A DNA stretch of 64,000 nt, taken from assembly GCA_937936785.1 (NCBI GenBank), contig CALDDQ010000002.1, forward strand, positions 61,192-125,191. Direction: 5' to 3'. Positions 47,902 through 58,363 of this stretch are shown here, piece after piece; position 1 is the stretch's first letter, and each line of letters opens with the position of its first letter. The stretch is from an uncultured Endomicrobiia bacterium. GTDB taxonomy: Bacteria > Elusimicrobiota > Endomicrobiia > DTEH01. A model generated the notes under the pieces. The model searched no databases and was not told where the DNA came from. It was given only the letters and a program-made list of their open reading frames with translations. The translations under genes were made by a program, and so were the position numbers.

Positions 47902-49001
47902 AAGATAAGATAGGTTTGATTAAAACACATTCAGGAGATATATTTTTATTAACTATATTGTCAATTTCAATTTTTGGTGCTGTGATGATATTTTCAACTA
48001 CAGCGCAACAAAGTGTTAATCCGTATGAATATTTTATAAAACAGTTAAGATATATTTTTTTAGGTTTATTTATAAGTTTTGTTTTTAGTAAAATTAATTT
48101 TCGAAATTATAAGAAGATTACAGAAATATTTTTGTTTTTTACGATAGTATTGTTAATCTATGTATTATTTTTCACACGAGAAATCAAAGGTGCCAATAGA
48201 TGGATTTCGTTACCAGTTTTAGGTAACTTTCAACCTGCAGAATTGGCAAAAATTAGTATAGTGATGTTTATCGCAAAATTTGTTGATAATCACAGAAGCA
48301 AAATAATTGCGTTTAAACAAGAAACATGGATTTTGTTAGGAGTAATATTTTTAATATGCGGGTTAATAATTATTCAACCAGACATTGGAATTCCAATAGT
48401 AATTTTCTCTACCAGCACAATATTACTTTTTATTTCAGGATTGAAGATAAAGTTTATGATAAAAGTTATTTTTCCAATAATTATTGTTTTAGCAATATCA
48501 ATACTTTTTGTTCCACATAGAATAAAACGTATGACAACGTTTATGGATCCGTGGAAATACCAAAAAAAAGAAGGGTATCAACTAATCCAATCATATTTAG
48601 CGTTATCTTATGGGAACATTTTTGGTCGTGGGTTAGGTAAGAGCCAGTTTAAAGAATTTTATTTACCTGAAGCGCATACAGATTTTATTTTTTCCGTAAT
48701 AGGAGAAGAGTTAGGTTTTATTGGCACAGTTTTAGTTTTATTAGTATTTATGTTTTTATTCTTTATTAGCACAAAAATGGTTGAACAAACGAGGTCTTTC
48801 TATGGTGCATTGTTAATATATGGACTTGTTTTAAACATAGTTTTACAATCTTTTGTAAACATAGCAGTAACAGCAGGACTTTTACCAACCAAAGGATTGG
48901 GGCTTCCATTTATTTCTTATGGAGGTTCTGCATTGATTACAAATTTTATTAGTGTAGGGATAATATTAGGTGTATGGAAACAAAACCAGAAAAAATTTTA
49001 G
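47898..49001 (+). CDS. ftsW: SEDS-family peptidoglycan glycosyltransferase FtsW
   Basis: 10-TM SEDS topology; 'LPEAHTDFIFS'; conserved dcw position. Confidence 0.85.
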   Translation: MKDKIGLIKTHSGDIFLLTILSISIFGAVMIFSTTAQQSVNPYEYFIKQLRYIFLGLFISFVFSKINFRNYKKITEIFLFFTIVLLIYVLFFTREIKGANRWISLPVLGNFQPAELAKISIVMFIAKFVDNHRSKIIAFKQETWILLGVIFLICGLIIIQPDIGIPIVIFSTSTILLFISGLKIKFMIKVIFPIIIVLAISILFVPHRIKRMTTFMDPWKYQKKEGYQLIQSYLALSYGNIFGRGLGKSQFKEFYLPEAHTDFIFSVIGEELGFIGTVLVLLVFMFLFFISTKMVEQTRSFYGALLIYGLVLNIVLQSFVNIAVTAGLLPTKGLGLPFISYGGSALITNFISVGIILGVWKQNQKKF

Positions 49002-50092
49002 TTGTAAGTTCTCCTACTGGTGGACACTTGTATCCTGCAATAGAAGTTAGTCGTCAGTTATTGAATTCAGGAGGTAAAATAATTTTTGTAACACAGCAAC
49101 AGTCTAAATTTATTGATTTAATAAAGGATGAGTTAAATTTATTTTTTTTAGTACCTAATAATTTTTTAGTTATAGAAACTGTTCCAGCAGCAAAATTTTC
49201 AAGAGACAATCCAATAAAAATTTTAATTTTTTTATTTTCAACATTAAAGTCATTTATAAAATCGATAAGAATTTTATTAATTCACAGACCAAATTTAATT
49301 TTTAGCACTGGTGGATATACTTCAATTTCTTTAATTTTAGTTAGTAAACTTTTTTTTCCAAAGATGAAGATTGTTTTACAGGAACAAAATTATGTGTTAG
49401 GGTTAACAAACAAGTTTTTATCGGTTTTTGCTGACAAAATTTGTTGTGGATTTCCTGTAGAAAAAAAATTTAATTCTAAAAAGTATATTTTTACTGGAAA
49501 TCCTATCCGAGAAAAATTTAAGTTAAAAACAAACAAAGAACAAATATATAAAAAATTTGGGTTTGACAAACAAAAATTTACACTTTTAATATTTGGTGGA
49601 AGTCAAGGAGCAAAAAGATTAAATGATGAGATAATAAACATTTTAAAAGTTGAAGGTGAGAAGTTAAAAAATGTTCAAGTTATACATATAACTGGGTCCA
49701 ATGATTTTGTAAGGATGAAAAATGAATATAACGATCTCAAAACAAAAAATGTAGTATTGCCATATTTATCCAATATGGAAGAAGCTTATATAATATCAGA
49801 TTTAATAATTTCACGGGCTGGAGCTATGACAATTTCAGAACTAATTTATTTTAAAAAACCTGCAATTTTGGTGCCATTTCCATTTGCGACAGAGTTTCAT
49901 CAAAACTGGAATGCACAATATTTAAAAACGTATGGATGTGCTTTAGTTGTTTATCAAAAAAATGATTTTGGAAAAAAATTGAAAGAAACATTAGTGTCTT
50001 TAATGAGTGATAAAAACAAATTAGAAATGATGAAAAAAAATTTTGATAAATTATCATTTCCAAAAAATACTATAATAGAGGTATTAAACTAA
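48974..50092 (+). CDS. murG: UDP-GlcNAc:MurNAc-pentapeptide-PP-undecaprenol GlcNAc transferase MurG
   Basis: 'SSPTGGHLYPAIEV' N-terminal G-loop; GT28 architecture; 'GGSQGA'. Confidence 0.85.
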   Translation: METKPEKILVVSSPTGGHLYPAIEVSRQLLNSGGKIIFVTQQQSKFIDLIKDELNLFFLVPNNFLVIETVPAAKFSRDNPIKILIFLFSTLKSFIKSIRILLIHRPNLIFSTGGYTSISLILVSKLFFPKMKIVLQEQNYVLGLTNKFLSVFADKICCGFPVEKKFNSKKYIFTGNPIREKFKLKTNKEQIYKKFGFDKQKFTLLIFGGSQGAKRLNDEIINILKVEGEKLKNVQVIHITGSNDFVRMKNEYNDLKTKNVVLPYLSNMEEAYIISDLIISRAGAMTISELIYFKKPAILVPFPFATEFHQNWNAQYLKTYGCALVVYQKNDFGKKLKETLVSLMSDKNKLEMMKKNFDKLSFPKNTIIEVLN

Positions 50093-50266
50093 AAATTGAT
50101 AAAAAATAAAGTTTTTATAAAAATAATAATTTTAACTAAAAAGTGAAAATTAATAATATCGTATGATTAAAATTAAATATCAGATATTATTCTAAATTGG
50201 TTTTATAATTAGTAATTTTTTAATCCTTGACAAATAAAAAAAATTCTTGTAAAACAGATAAAAATA

Positions 50267-50911
50267 ATGGACAAAGACACTAATAAAAAAATCTTCATGA
50301 GGAAACAGTTAGAAAGTGTTTCCAAAATTCTTTTCAAAAACAATTTTGAAACTTATATTTTTGATGATACACAATCTGCAACTGATTATATTATATCCAC
50401 TGTGGGAAAAAATAAAAACATTGGTATAGGTGGTAGTGTAACTATTACAGAGATTGGTTTAGTGGCAAAGTTAGAAAAAAATGGAAACAAAATTTTTACC
50501 CATGTAAGGAATATGACAAACGAACAACGTCGCAAGGTTTGGTTAAAAGCCCAAAATTCAGATTATTATTTTGCTTCTCCTCAAGCAATAACAATTAAAG
50601 GTGAAATGATATTTTTAGATGCAAACGGTAACCGTGTTTCTTCAATAATTTATGGTCCTAAAAAAGTTGTTTTAGTTGCTGGATATAACAAAATTGTAAA
50701 AGATTATAATTTAGGTTTATGGAGAGCAAGAAATATTAGTGCGATAATAAACAATTTGAGGTTGAACCGTAAAAATCCTTGCATTGTTACAGGGAAATGT
50801 GAAGATTGTAATTCTAAAGAAAGAATTTGTAATATATTAACAGTATTATACAAAAAACCAAGTTATACGGACTACATAGTAATATTGATTAACGAGGAGT
50901 TAGGATATTGA
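50267..50911 (+). CDS. LUD-domain (LutC/DUF162-like) protein
   Basis: 'IGIGGSVTITEIGLV...ASPQAITIKGEMIFLDANGNRV' resembles the LUD domain. C-terminal Cys pair 'CIVTGKCEDCNSKERIC'. Confidence 0.4.
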   Translation: MDKDTNKKIFMRKQLESVSKILFKNNFETYIFDDTQSATDYIISTVGKNKNIGIGGSVTITEIGLVAKLEKNGNKIFTHVRNMTNEQRRKVWLKAQNSDYYFASPQAITIKGEMIFLDANGNRVSSIIYGPKKVVLVAGYNKIVKDYNLGLWRARNISAIINNLRLNRKNPCIVTGKCEDCNSKERICNILTVLYKKPSYTDYIVILINEELGY

Positions 50912-50952
50912 AACTAAAAATAATTGTTTTATTATAACAAAAAATTCGGCAT

Positions 50953-51486
50953 ATGAAAATAGTACTTAATGATGAAGAAATAAAAAATATAATAAAAACT
51001 CTTGCAGCAGAAATTGTTAAAAGGTACAAGGATTTATCACAGGTTGCATTGGTGGGTATACATACAAACGGTGTTTATATTGCAAAACGGTTAAACGAAG
51101 AAATTTTTATTCTAACAGGGAAAAAACTAAATTTGGGTGTAGTGGACATAACATTTTATCGTGATGATATTGGTTTAAGCGATATTATAAAATTAGCAAA
51201 GGATACTGAGATAAATTTTGACATAAATGGTAAAGAAATAATTTTAGTAGATGATGTAATTTATACTGGAAGAACAATTCGTGCTGCAATGGAACAAATA
51301 TTAGAGATAGGTAGAGCAAAAAGTATAACAATTTTAGCGTTAGTAGATCGCGGGTTGCGTGAATTGCCAATATATGCTGAGTTTGTAGGGAAAGTTATAA
51401 AAACTTTGCCTAACCAAAAGATTAAAGTTTTGTTAAAAGAAGATAATAAGTTAAAAAAAGATAAAATAGTTTTATATGATGAATAA
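50953..51486 (+). CDS. pyrR: PyrR bifunctional pyrimidine regulatory protein / uracil phosphoribosyltransferase
   Basis: PRPP-binding 'ILVDDVIYTGRTIRAAM'; 177 aa. Confidence 0.85.
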   Translation: MKIVLNDEEIKNIIKTLAAEIVKRYKDLSQVALVGIHTNGVYIAKRLNEEIFILTGKKLNLGVVDITFYRDDIGLSDIIKLAKDTEINFDINGKEIILVDDVIYTGRTIRAAMEQILEIGRAKSITILALVDRGLRELPIYAEFVGKVIKTLPNQKIKVLLKEDNKLKKDKIVLYDE

Positions 51487-51507
51487 GATTACATAAATTT
51501 TAAAAAT

Positions 51508-52452
51508 ATGACAAACAAAATATTATTTACTAAAAAACATTTGCTGGGGTTGGAAGATTTTACAAGAGAAGAGATAAAACTTATTTTAGACACAGCAAAA
51601 CCATTTAAAAATTTATTTACTCGGTCAATAAAAAAAGTTCCTACTTTACGTGGCAGGAGTGTAGTATTACTTTTTTATGAAGCATCAACTCGTACAAGAA
51701 CATCATTTGAACTTGCAGCAAAACGTTTATCTGCTGACACAATAAACATTGCGGTAAATGTTTCCAGTGTAAAAAAGGGAGAATCATTAATAGACACAGC
51801 AAAAACTTTAGAGTCAATGAAATCAGATTTTATAGTGATTCGACATTCGTATTCTGGTTCACCACATATTTTAGCAAAAAATGTTTCTTCGTCAATAATA
51901 AACGCTGGGGACGGGTTTCATGAACATCCGTCACAAGGTTTATTGGACATATACACGGTTAACGAAAAAAAAGGTAGAGTTGCAGGGTTAAAAGTTGTAA
52001 TAGTAGGCGACATTTTACATAGTCGTGTTGCGCGGTCAAACTTGTGGGGACTGACAAAATTAGGCGCAAAAGTAATTTTGTGTGGTCCACCAACATTGAT
52101 ACCAAAAGATGTTCAAAAAGTTTCTCCATCCAACATTGATATAGAATATAATTTAGACAAAGCAATAAAAGATGCTGATGTGGTAAATATTTTACGTGTT
52201 CAATTTGAACGTCAGATGGAACATTTATTTCCATCTATAAGAGAATATAGTTTGTTGTATGGTATGAACAAAGAACGATTGTCAAGAGCTAAAAATGATG
52301 TTTTAATTTTACATCCAGGACCAATGAATCGCGGGTTAGAAATTACAAGTGAAGTAGCAGATAGTTTAAACTCTGTAATAAATGAACAGGTTACAAATGG
52401 TATTGCAGTAAGAATGGCAATTTTGTATCTTTTGTCAAGTGTGAAAGAATAA
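51508..52452 (+). CDS. pyrB: Aspartate carbamoyltransferase catalytic subunit
   Basis: 'STRTRTSFE', 'HPSQGLLD', 'HPGPMNRG'. Confidence 0.9.
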   Translation: MTNKILFTKKHLLGLEDFTREEIKLILDTAKPFKNLFTRSIKKVPTLRGRSVVLLFYEASTRTRTSFELAAKRLSADTINIAVNVSSVKKGESLIDTAKTLESMKSDFIVIRHSYSGSPHILAKNVSSSIINAGDGFHEHPSQGLLDIYTVNEKKGRVAGLKVVIVGDILHSRVARSNLWGLTKLGAKVILCGPPTLIPKDVQKVSPSNIDIEYNLDKAIKDADVVNILRVQFERQMEHLFPSIREYSLLYGMNKERLSRAKNDVLILHPGPMNRGLEITSEVADSLNSVINEQVTNGIAVRMAILYLLSSVKE

Positions 52453-52481
52453 AAAGATAATATATTAAATTTTAAAAAATT

Positions 52482-53771
52482 ATGAAAATATTAATAAAAA
52501 ATGGTTTTGTAGTAGACCCAAGCCAGAAGTTAGAAAAGAAATTAGACTTATTGATAGAAAATGGCAAGATTATAAAATTGTTATCAAAAATTAACAGGTC
52601 TAAAGGTGCAAAAGTTATTGATGCAAAAAATTGTGTTGTATGTCCTGGATTGATAGATATTCATACTCACTTACGTGAACCTGGCCATGAAGAAGAAGAA
52701 ACAATTGCAACTGGGACTCGTGCTGCAGCTGCTGGTGGTATAACAACGGTATTTTGTATGCCTAATACGCATCCTGTTATAGATAACCAGACAACGGTAG
52801 AATTTATTTTATTAAAAGCGAAAAAAGAAGGTGTTGTGAATGTTTTTCCAGTAGGGTCAATTACAAAAGGTATTCTGGGAGAAGAATTGTCTGAAATCGG
52901 TGAACTAAAAAAAGCTGGTGTGGTAGGTGTTACTGATGATGGAGAACCAGTAATGAATTCAAAAATAATGCGTCGTGCATTGGAGTATTCCAAAATGTTT
53001 AATTTACCGGTAATTTCTCATTGTGAAGATAAAAATTTATCCAAAGATGGAGTAATAAATGAAGGTTTAATTTCTACTTTATTAGGTTTGCGAGGTATTC
53101 CATCACAATCTGAAGATATTATGGTTATAAGAGACATAATTTTATCTTCGTTGGCTGGTGGCAAACTACATATTACGCATATTTCAACAAAAAAATCAGT
53201 AGAATATATCCGTAGAGCAAAAAAGGAAGGTGTAAATGTTACCTGCGACACTGCACCACACTATTTTGTTTTGACAGAAAATTATATCAAAGGAAAAAAG
53301 TTAGAACATGTTTATGATACAAATGCAAAGATGAAACCACCTCTTAGAACACAAGAAGATGTTGATGCAATTATTGAAGGATTAAAAGATGGCACAATAG
53401 ATTGTATTGCTTCAGACCATGCACCACATACTTTGGAAGAAAAAAGTAAAGAGTTTGATTTAGCACCTTTTGGAATTATTGGATTAGAAACACTACTGCC
53501 GTTGAGTGTAACATTTTTATATAAAAAAAATAAGATGTCATTATTAAAACTTATCTCAAAATTTACGACCAACCCATCCAAAATATTTAATTTAAAATGC
53601 GGTTGTTTAAAAGAAGGTTTTGTTGCAGATGTAACAATTTTTAATCCTGAAGAAGAGTTTTTAGTTAAAAAATTTGTTTCTAAGAGTTGTAATTCACCAT
53701 TTTTGGGCTGGAAACTTAAAGGAAAGATAAAATATACAATTTGTAATGGAAAAATTGTTTATTCTACATAA
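52482..53771 (+). CDS. pyrC: Dihydroorotase
   Basis: 'PGLIDIHTHLREPG', 'ASDHAPH'; 429 aa. Confidence 0.85.
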   Translation: MKILIKNGFVVDPSQKLEKKLDLLIENGKIIKLLSKINRSKGAKVIDAKNCVVCPGLIDIHTHLREPGHEEEETIATGTRAAAAGGITTVFCMPNTHPVIDNQTTVEFILLKAKKEGVVNVFPVGSITKGILGEELSEIGELKKAGVVGVTDDGEPVMNSKIMRRALEYSKMFNLPVISHCEDKNLSKDGVINEGLISTLLGLRGIPSQSEDIMVIRDIILSSLAGGKLHITHISTKKSVEYIRRAKKEGVNVTCDTAPHYFVLTENYIKGKKLEHVYDTNAKMKPPLRTQEDVDAIIEGLKDGTIDCIASDHAPHTLEEKSKEFDLAPFGIIGLETLLPLSVTFLYKKNKMSLLKLISKFTTNPSKIFNLKCGCLKEGFVADVTIFNPEEEFLVKKFVSKSCNSPFLGWKLKGKIKYTICNGKIVYST

Positions 53772-53810
53772 AGTTTTTTTCAAGTGTTATTTTAGTGTCA
53801 CTATTGTGAA

Positions 53811-54731
53811 ATGAACAAAAACATTTTTGTACAAAAAAGTAAAGTTATTAAAAACAGTAGTATTTCACGAGACACTTTTTTATTAAAATTCTTTTCAAGA
53901 GAAAAATTTTATCCAACTCAGTTTTTAATGATAGATGTTTATCCTAAAAAATTTTTGTTAAAACCTTTCACAGTAGCAGATTATGATGAGAAAAGAAATA
54001 TAGTTTCAATAATTTATCGCATAATTGGTGAAGGAACAAGATTTTTGGCAGAGAAAAAGGTAGGAGAAAAAATAAGTTTTTTAGGCCCGTTTGGTAATGT
54101 GGAAAAGATTGAAAAGATTAAAGAGAGTTTAATTTCTAATAAAGATTACTTTAATAGTGAAGGATGGGTGTCAAAGAGTAAAATAATTTTGCTTGCTGGC
54201 GGAAGTGGTATAGCATCAATAATTTATTTATATAAGTGGTTATCAAAAAAAATAAATAATATCAAAGTTTTTTATGGTGAAAGTGACAATAAATTTGTTG
54301 TAGATTTAAAAAAGTTTGGAATTAACAATGTTGTTTATACTACAGACAACGGTTCTTGTGGTAAGAAAGGTTTTGTTACCGGAATATTTTTACAAGAAGT
54401 TAAAAAATTAAAACTTGCTAAAAAAAATAAATTTAATTTACACATAATTCAAGATAGTCAACCGATTACAATTTTTTCTTGTGGTCCAAAAGCGATGTTG
54501 AAATCATTGCAACAGATAGTAAAAGAACATAAAAATATTAAATGTTATGTTTTGTTAGAAGAATATATGTGTTGTGGTGTGGGTTTATGTCGAGGTTGTG
54601 TAGTTAAAACGGTTCGGTCAAAGGTTAAAATTAATAGTGATGAGAAATTAATTTTGAGAGAAAAAAGTTTTGAATACAAATCTGTATGCAAAGATGGTCC
54701 AGTGTTTGATATTAATGAAGTTATATTTTAA
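53811..54731 (+). CDS. pyrK: Dihydroorotate dehydrogenase electron-transfer subunit PyrK-like (FAD/NAD-binding with 2Fe-2S)
   Basis: FNR-like fold; C-terminal 'CGVGLCRGC...C' 2Fe-2S motif. Has an N-terminal extension of about 50 aa. Confidence 0.65.
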   Translation: MNKNIFVQKSKVIKNSSISRDTFLLKFFSREKFYPTQFLMIDVYPKKFLLKPFTVADYDEKRNIVSIIYRIIGEGTRFLAEKKVGEKISFLGPFGNVEKIEKIKESLISNKDYFNSEGWVSKSKIILLAGGSGIASIIYLYKWLSKKINNIKVFYGESDNKFVVDLKKFGINNVVYTTDNGSCGKKGFVTGIFLQEVKKLKLAKKNKFNLHIIQDSQPITIFSCGPKAMLKSLQQIVKEHKNIKCYVLLEEYMCCGVGLCRGCVVKTVRSKVKINSDEKLILREKSFEYKSVCKDGPVFDINEVIF

Positions 54732-54826
54732 ATTTTATTTATAAAACCATTGTTGATTTTTATTTTTTTTGTTTATAAAATACTATATTATTGTACAAAA
54801 CTAAGTGTTAAAGGAGGAATATTTTT

Positions 54827-55996
54827 ATGCATATAGCAATACGAATGGCAAGGTTAGGAACAGAAACAGCGTTTGAAGTTTTAGCCAAAGCAAAAGCGTT
54901 AGAAGCAAAAGGAAAAAGTGTTGTTCATTTAGAAATAGGAGAACCGGATTTTGACACACCACAAAATATTAAAAAAGCTGCAATTGATGCTATTAATAAC
55001 GGGTTTACACATTATGGTCCATCAGCAGGGTTACCTGAACATAGAAAAGCTATCGCAGAATATATTTCCCAAACTCGTGGTATAGAGGTTGATCCTGATG
55101 AAGTTGTTGTTACTCCAGGTGCAAAACCAATAATTTTTTTCACAATTTTGACCTGGTTACGACCTGGTGATGAAGTTTTAACACCATCGCCTGGGTTTCC
55201 AATTTATGAGTCAATGATAAATTTTGTAGGAGCAAAGCCAGTTTTGTATCCGCTAAGAGAAGAAAACAATTTTGATATTGACATTGATGAGTTTAAAAAA
55301 TTAGTATCTCCAATGACCAAAATGATAATTTTAAATTCACCACAGAATCCTACTGGCAGTGTTTTGTCTAAAGAAACATTATATGAAATTTCACGAATTG
55401 TTAAAGAAGATAATGATATGTTAGTAATTTCAGATGAAGTGTATTCAGAGATAATTTATGAAGGGAAACATTCAAGTATAGCATCAATTGATGGTATGAA
55501 AGATAGAACAGTTATAATAGACGGTTATTCAAAAACTTTTGCAATGACAGGATGGCGTTGTGGGTATGGTATAATGAACAAAGATTTGGCAAAATATGTC
55601 TCACAGTTGCAAACAAATTCTACAAGTTGTACTGCGACATTCACACAGATTGCTTGTATAGAAGCGTTAAAAGGACCAAAAGATGATGTAAAAAATATGG
55701 TTGAAGAATTTCGTAAACGTCGTGATATTATTGTTGATGGGTTGAATAAAATACCGGGTTTTACTTGCAAGATGCCCAAAGGTGCATTTTATGTATTCCC
55801 AAACATTAAAGGTACAGGTAAAACAGCAAAAGAGTTACAGGAATATTTGTTAAACGAAGCAGGTGTTGCGTGTTTAAGTGGTACAGCATTTGGTGCTTAT
55901 GGAAAAGGTTATTTACGGTTCTCATATGCAAATTCGGTTGAGAATATTAAAGAAGCATTAAAACGTATTGATGCAGCGGTTAGAAAGTTGAAATAA
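54827..55996 (+). CDS. Class I/II pyridoxal-phosphate aminotransferase (aspartate aminotransferase-like)
   Basis: 'VTPGAKP', 'NSPQNPTG', PLP-lysine motif 'YSKTFAMTGWRCGY'. Confidence 0.8.
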   Translation: MHIAIRMARLGTETAFEVLAKAKALEAKGKSVVHLEIGEPDFDTPQNIKKAAIDAINNGFTHYGPSAGLPEHRKAIAEYISQTRGIEVDPDEVVVTPGAKPIIFFTILTWLRPGDEVLTPSPGFPIYESMINFVGAKPVLYPLREENNFDIDIDEFKKLVSPMTKMIILNSPQNPTGSVLSKETLYEISRIVKEDNDMLVISDEVYSEIIYEGKHSSIASIDGMKDRTVIIDGYSKTFAMTGWRCGYGIMNKDLAKYVSQLQTNSTSCTATFTQIACIEALKGPKDDVKNMVEEFRKRRDIIVDGLNKIPGFTCKMPKGAFYVFPNIKGTGKTAKELQEYLLNEAGVACLSGTAFGAYGKGYLRFSYANSVENIKEALKRIDAAVRKLK

Positions 55997-56065
55997 ATTT
56001 TTTAAGTTAAAAATTTTAAGAATAGAAAAAAATAAAAACTTAAATAAGACTTTAAAAAAAAATGT

Positions 56066-56139
56066 TCCGGGATTGTGTAATGGTAGCACAAGAGACTTTG
56101 GATCTCTTTGTCTAGGTTCGAATCCTAGTCCCGGAGCCA
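56066..56139 (+). tRNA. tRNA-Gln (anticodon UUG)
   Basis: Hand-folded: acceptor UCCGGGA/UCCCGGA, D-arm GUGU-AAUGGUA-GCAC, anticodon stem AGAGA/UCUCU with loop CUUUGGA, T-arm CUAGG-UUCGAAU-CCUAG, discriminator G. CCA is encoded (56137-56139). Confidence 0.85.
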
Positions 56140-56488
56140 TTTTGAAAAATCGTTCAAACTGGCTCCACAATCAAAAACACTGCGAGCCTACGACCACTAA
56201 TTTATCTTGTTTGTATTGAGTGATAAATTTCATTTTTGAATTTTAGAGGTATTGTTTGAAAGTTGTTTAATATTAAGAGCCAGCTTAAAAGATTGTTTAA
56301 GATTTTATATATGATAAATTGTAGTGAATCGTTATTATAAGTTTTGTTAAGTTATAATTATTTTTTAATTTCAGTTTATAAATCGATTTTTGATTTGATA
56401 ATCATATTTAAAAATTATTTTGGAATATAAAATGCAAACAATTTTTTGTCTGACTTAAAAATTATACTTTACCTATCTTTTTTATTAT

Positions 56489-58342
56489 ATGTTAAAAATA
56501 TTTATATGTTGTTTAATTATTTTTTCTTGCAACCTTTATAGCAATAATTTTAAAGATGAAAATTTTATTGCAGGGATAGCATTAAAAGATTTTGGATTTC
56601 CCGGGTGGGCAAAAAAATATACGGCATCAACTTTAGATGCTGTAAGAAATTCTGCTGCAAAGTGGGTAAGTGTCCATTATTTTAATTCTTATACTTCAAC
56701 TGGTACACCAACAATAGCATCTTCTTATAAATCAGATGGGTATAGTTCTAACCAAGCAAAACTTGATGAATATAAATATGTAATCCAAGAAGCAAAAAAA
56801 CGTGGATATAAAATTTGTTTAATTTCATCATTATTTTTTGGTGAGATGTTAGGTGGGTTATCTGTGGAAGAAGAGGTAGCATTAAATGAATCATTATACA
56901 TTGCTCACAGTAATGATTGGTATGATAACTGGTTTAATTCTTATAAAGAAAGATTAACAGAACTTGCAAATTTAGCAAACGAGTCTGGTGTAGATATGTT
57001 AGCATTAGGGTGGAACATTACTTATGTTACAGGTGATGTGAAAGGTTCTTATGATGTAACATCTAAGTGGAAGGAAATTATTAATGATTTGAGAAAAATA
57101 TATAAAGGAAAAATAATTTTACCTGAAACAACTAATGGTTATGACAATAACTATCTAAAAGGTATAGAAGGACTTTTTAATGATTTAGATTATATAAGTT
57201 TACATCTTACAATGGATGGTTTAAAAGGTTTTAGTGGAAAAAAATACATAGAAGATATTGACGAAATAAAAACAACTTTTAAAATAATTTTTTCCACTTT
57301 TGGTTTTTCAAGATATTATCAATATTATGGCAAGAAAACAATAATTTTTACTACTGTAACAAGCAGCACAAGATGTTTTGAGGGAGTATGGTTTGAAGAA
57401 ATGGTGGAACAACCAGGACTAATTCAAGATTTTGATGCACAAAAAAATGTTTATCAGGCAATGTTTGATGTACTATCTTCTACAGATTGGATTGGAGGGA
57501 CATTTCCGTGGGGATATTGGTGGAAAGATGATTTTTATAAAAACGAAGATGGGAATAATACATATTCTTTTGACAAAGGTGCTTCTATAAGAAAAAAGCC
57601 ATCTGAAGAAGTTGTATATAATTTTTATAGTGTAGAAGAAAAAAAACTTTTATTAAACACTACAACATATTATGAAATTTTTTTAAATAACAAAAATAGT
57701 TTTACAAAGATAATTATCCCAGAAGGAACTTTTAACCAAAATGTTAATATTACAATTTCTACTTTAAGTACTTCAGGTATTACAAAAAGAACAACAAAAG
57801 GAGATGCACAGTTGACTAATATTGGTATTGAGATAAAAACAGATTTAGATTTACAGCCAAGTAAAGGAATAGTAATAGAGACATATTATAAAGATAGTGA
57901 CATAGAACAGATAACAAATGATGAGTCAAAATTAACTTTTGTAATGGTAAACGAAGAAACGAATTTTTTGGATGAAATAAAAAGTATAGTTAATTCTGAT
58001 TATAACCAGATAACAACAACTACTACACACTTATCAAAGTTTGTAATTATTTTACCTTCACAGACAAATCTCTCTGAAGCAAAGGTTGTTATTTATCCAA
58101 ATCCGTTTAATCCGCACAAAAATTTAAATGTTACAATCAAATATTATCCAGCTGATGCTACCGCAACAGTTTACAACCTTTCAGGAGAATTAGTTACTAG
58201 TCTTGTTTATGACAGTTTTTCTGGTAAAACAACTTGGGATGGAAAAAATTCTGGTGGAAACATGGTAGCCAGCGGTATATATTTTGTTTTAATAAAAACA
58301 AACACAAAATCTGCAACTGGCAAAATTGCAGTAATAAAATAA
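56489..58342 (+). CDS. Secreted protein with T9SS type-A C-terminal sorting domain; N-terminal TIM-barrel glycosidase-like region (family not determined)
   Basis: Signal peptide. C-terminal 'VIYPNPFNPHKNLNVTIKYY...ATVYNLSGELV...GIYFVLIKT...GKIAVIK' matches a T9SS C-terminal domain. No catalytic family recognised by eye. Confidence 0.55.
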   Translation: MLKIFICCLIIFSCNLYSNNFKDENFIAGIALKDFGFPGWAKKYTASTLDAVRNSAAKWVSVHYFNSYTSTGTPTIASSYKSDGYSSNQAKLDEYKYVIQEAKKRGYKICLISSLFFGEMLGGLSVEEEVALNESLYIAHSNDWYDNWFNSYKERLTELANLANESGVDMLALGWNITYVTGDVKGSYDVTSKWKEIINDLRKIYKGKIILPETTNGYDNNYLKGIEGLFNDLDYISLHLTMDGLKGFSGKKYIEDIDEIKTTFKIIFSTFGFSRYYQYYGKKTIIFTTVTSSTRCFEGVWFEEMVEQPGLIQDFDAQKNVYQAMFDVLSSTDWIGGTFPWGYWWKDDFYKNEDGNNTYSFDKGASIRKKPSEEVVYNFYSVEEKKLLLNTTTYYEIFLNNKNSFTKIIIPEGTFNQNVNITISTLSTSGITKRTTKGDAQLTNIGIEIKTDLDLQPSKGIVIETYYKDSDIEQITNDESKLTFVMVNEETNFLDEIKSIVNSDYNQITTTTTHLSKFVIILPSQTNLSEAKVVIYPNPFNPHKNLNVTIKYYPADATATVYNLSGELVTSLVYDSFSGKTTWDGKNSGGNMVASGIYFVLIKTNTKSATGKIAVIK

Positions 58343-58363
58343 ATTTTAAAGGAGAAAAAATGT

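Noticed and set aside
50912-50952. PyrR attenuator RNA upstream of pyrR or pyrB
   Set aside because: No UCCAGAGAGG-like loop or alternative hairpins. The leaders are only about 20-40 nt, too short for an attenuator.
55958-56170. 70-aa minus-strand ORF spanning the tRNA-Gln region
   Set aside because: It is the antisense translation of the tRNA gene ('GFEPRQ...' is the typical tRNA shadow peptide); not a gene.
56140-56488. 345-bp non-coding region after tRNA-Gln examined for tmRNA, RNase P RNA, an integrase att repeat or a CRISPR leader
   Set aside because: No tRNA-like terminal structure, no conserved RNase P or tmRNA motifs, no repeat of the tRNA 3' end and no direct-repeat array. It is probably just a promoter region for the downstream secreted-protein genes.
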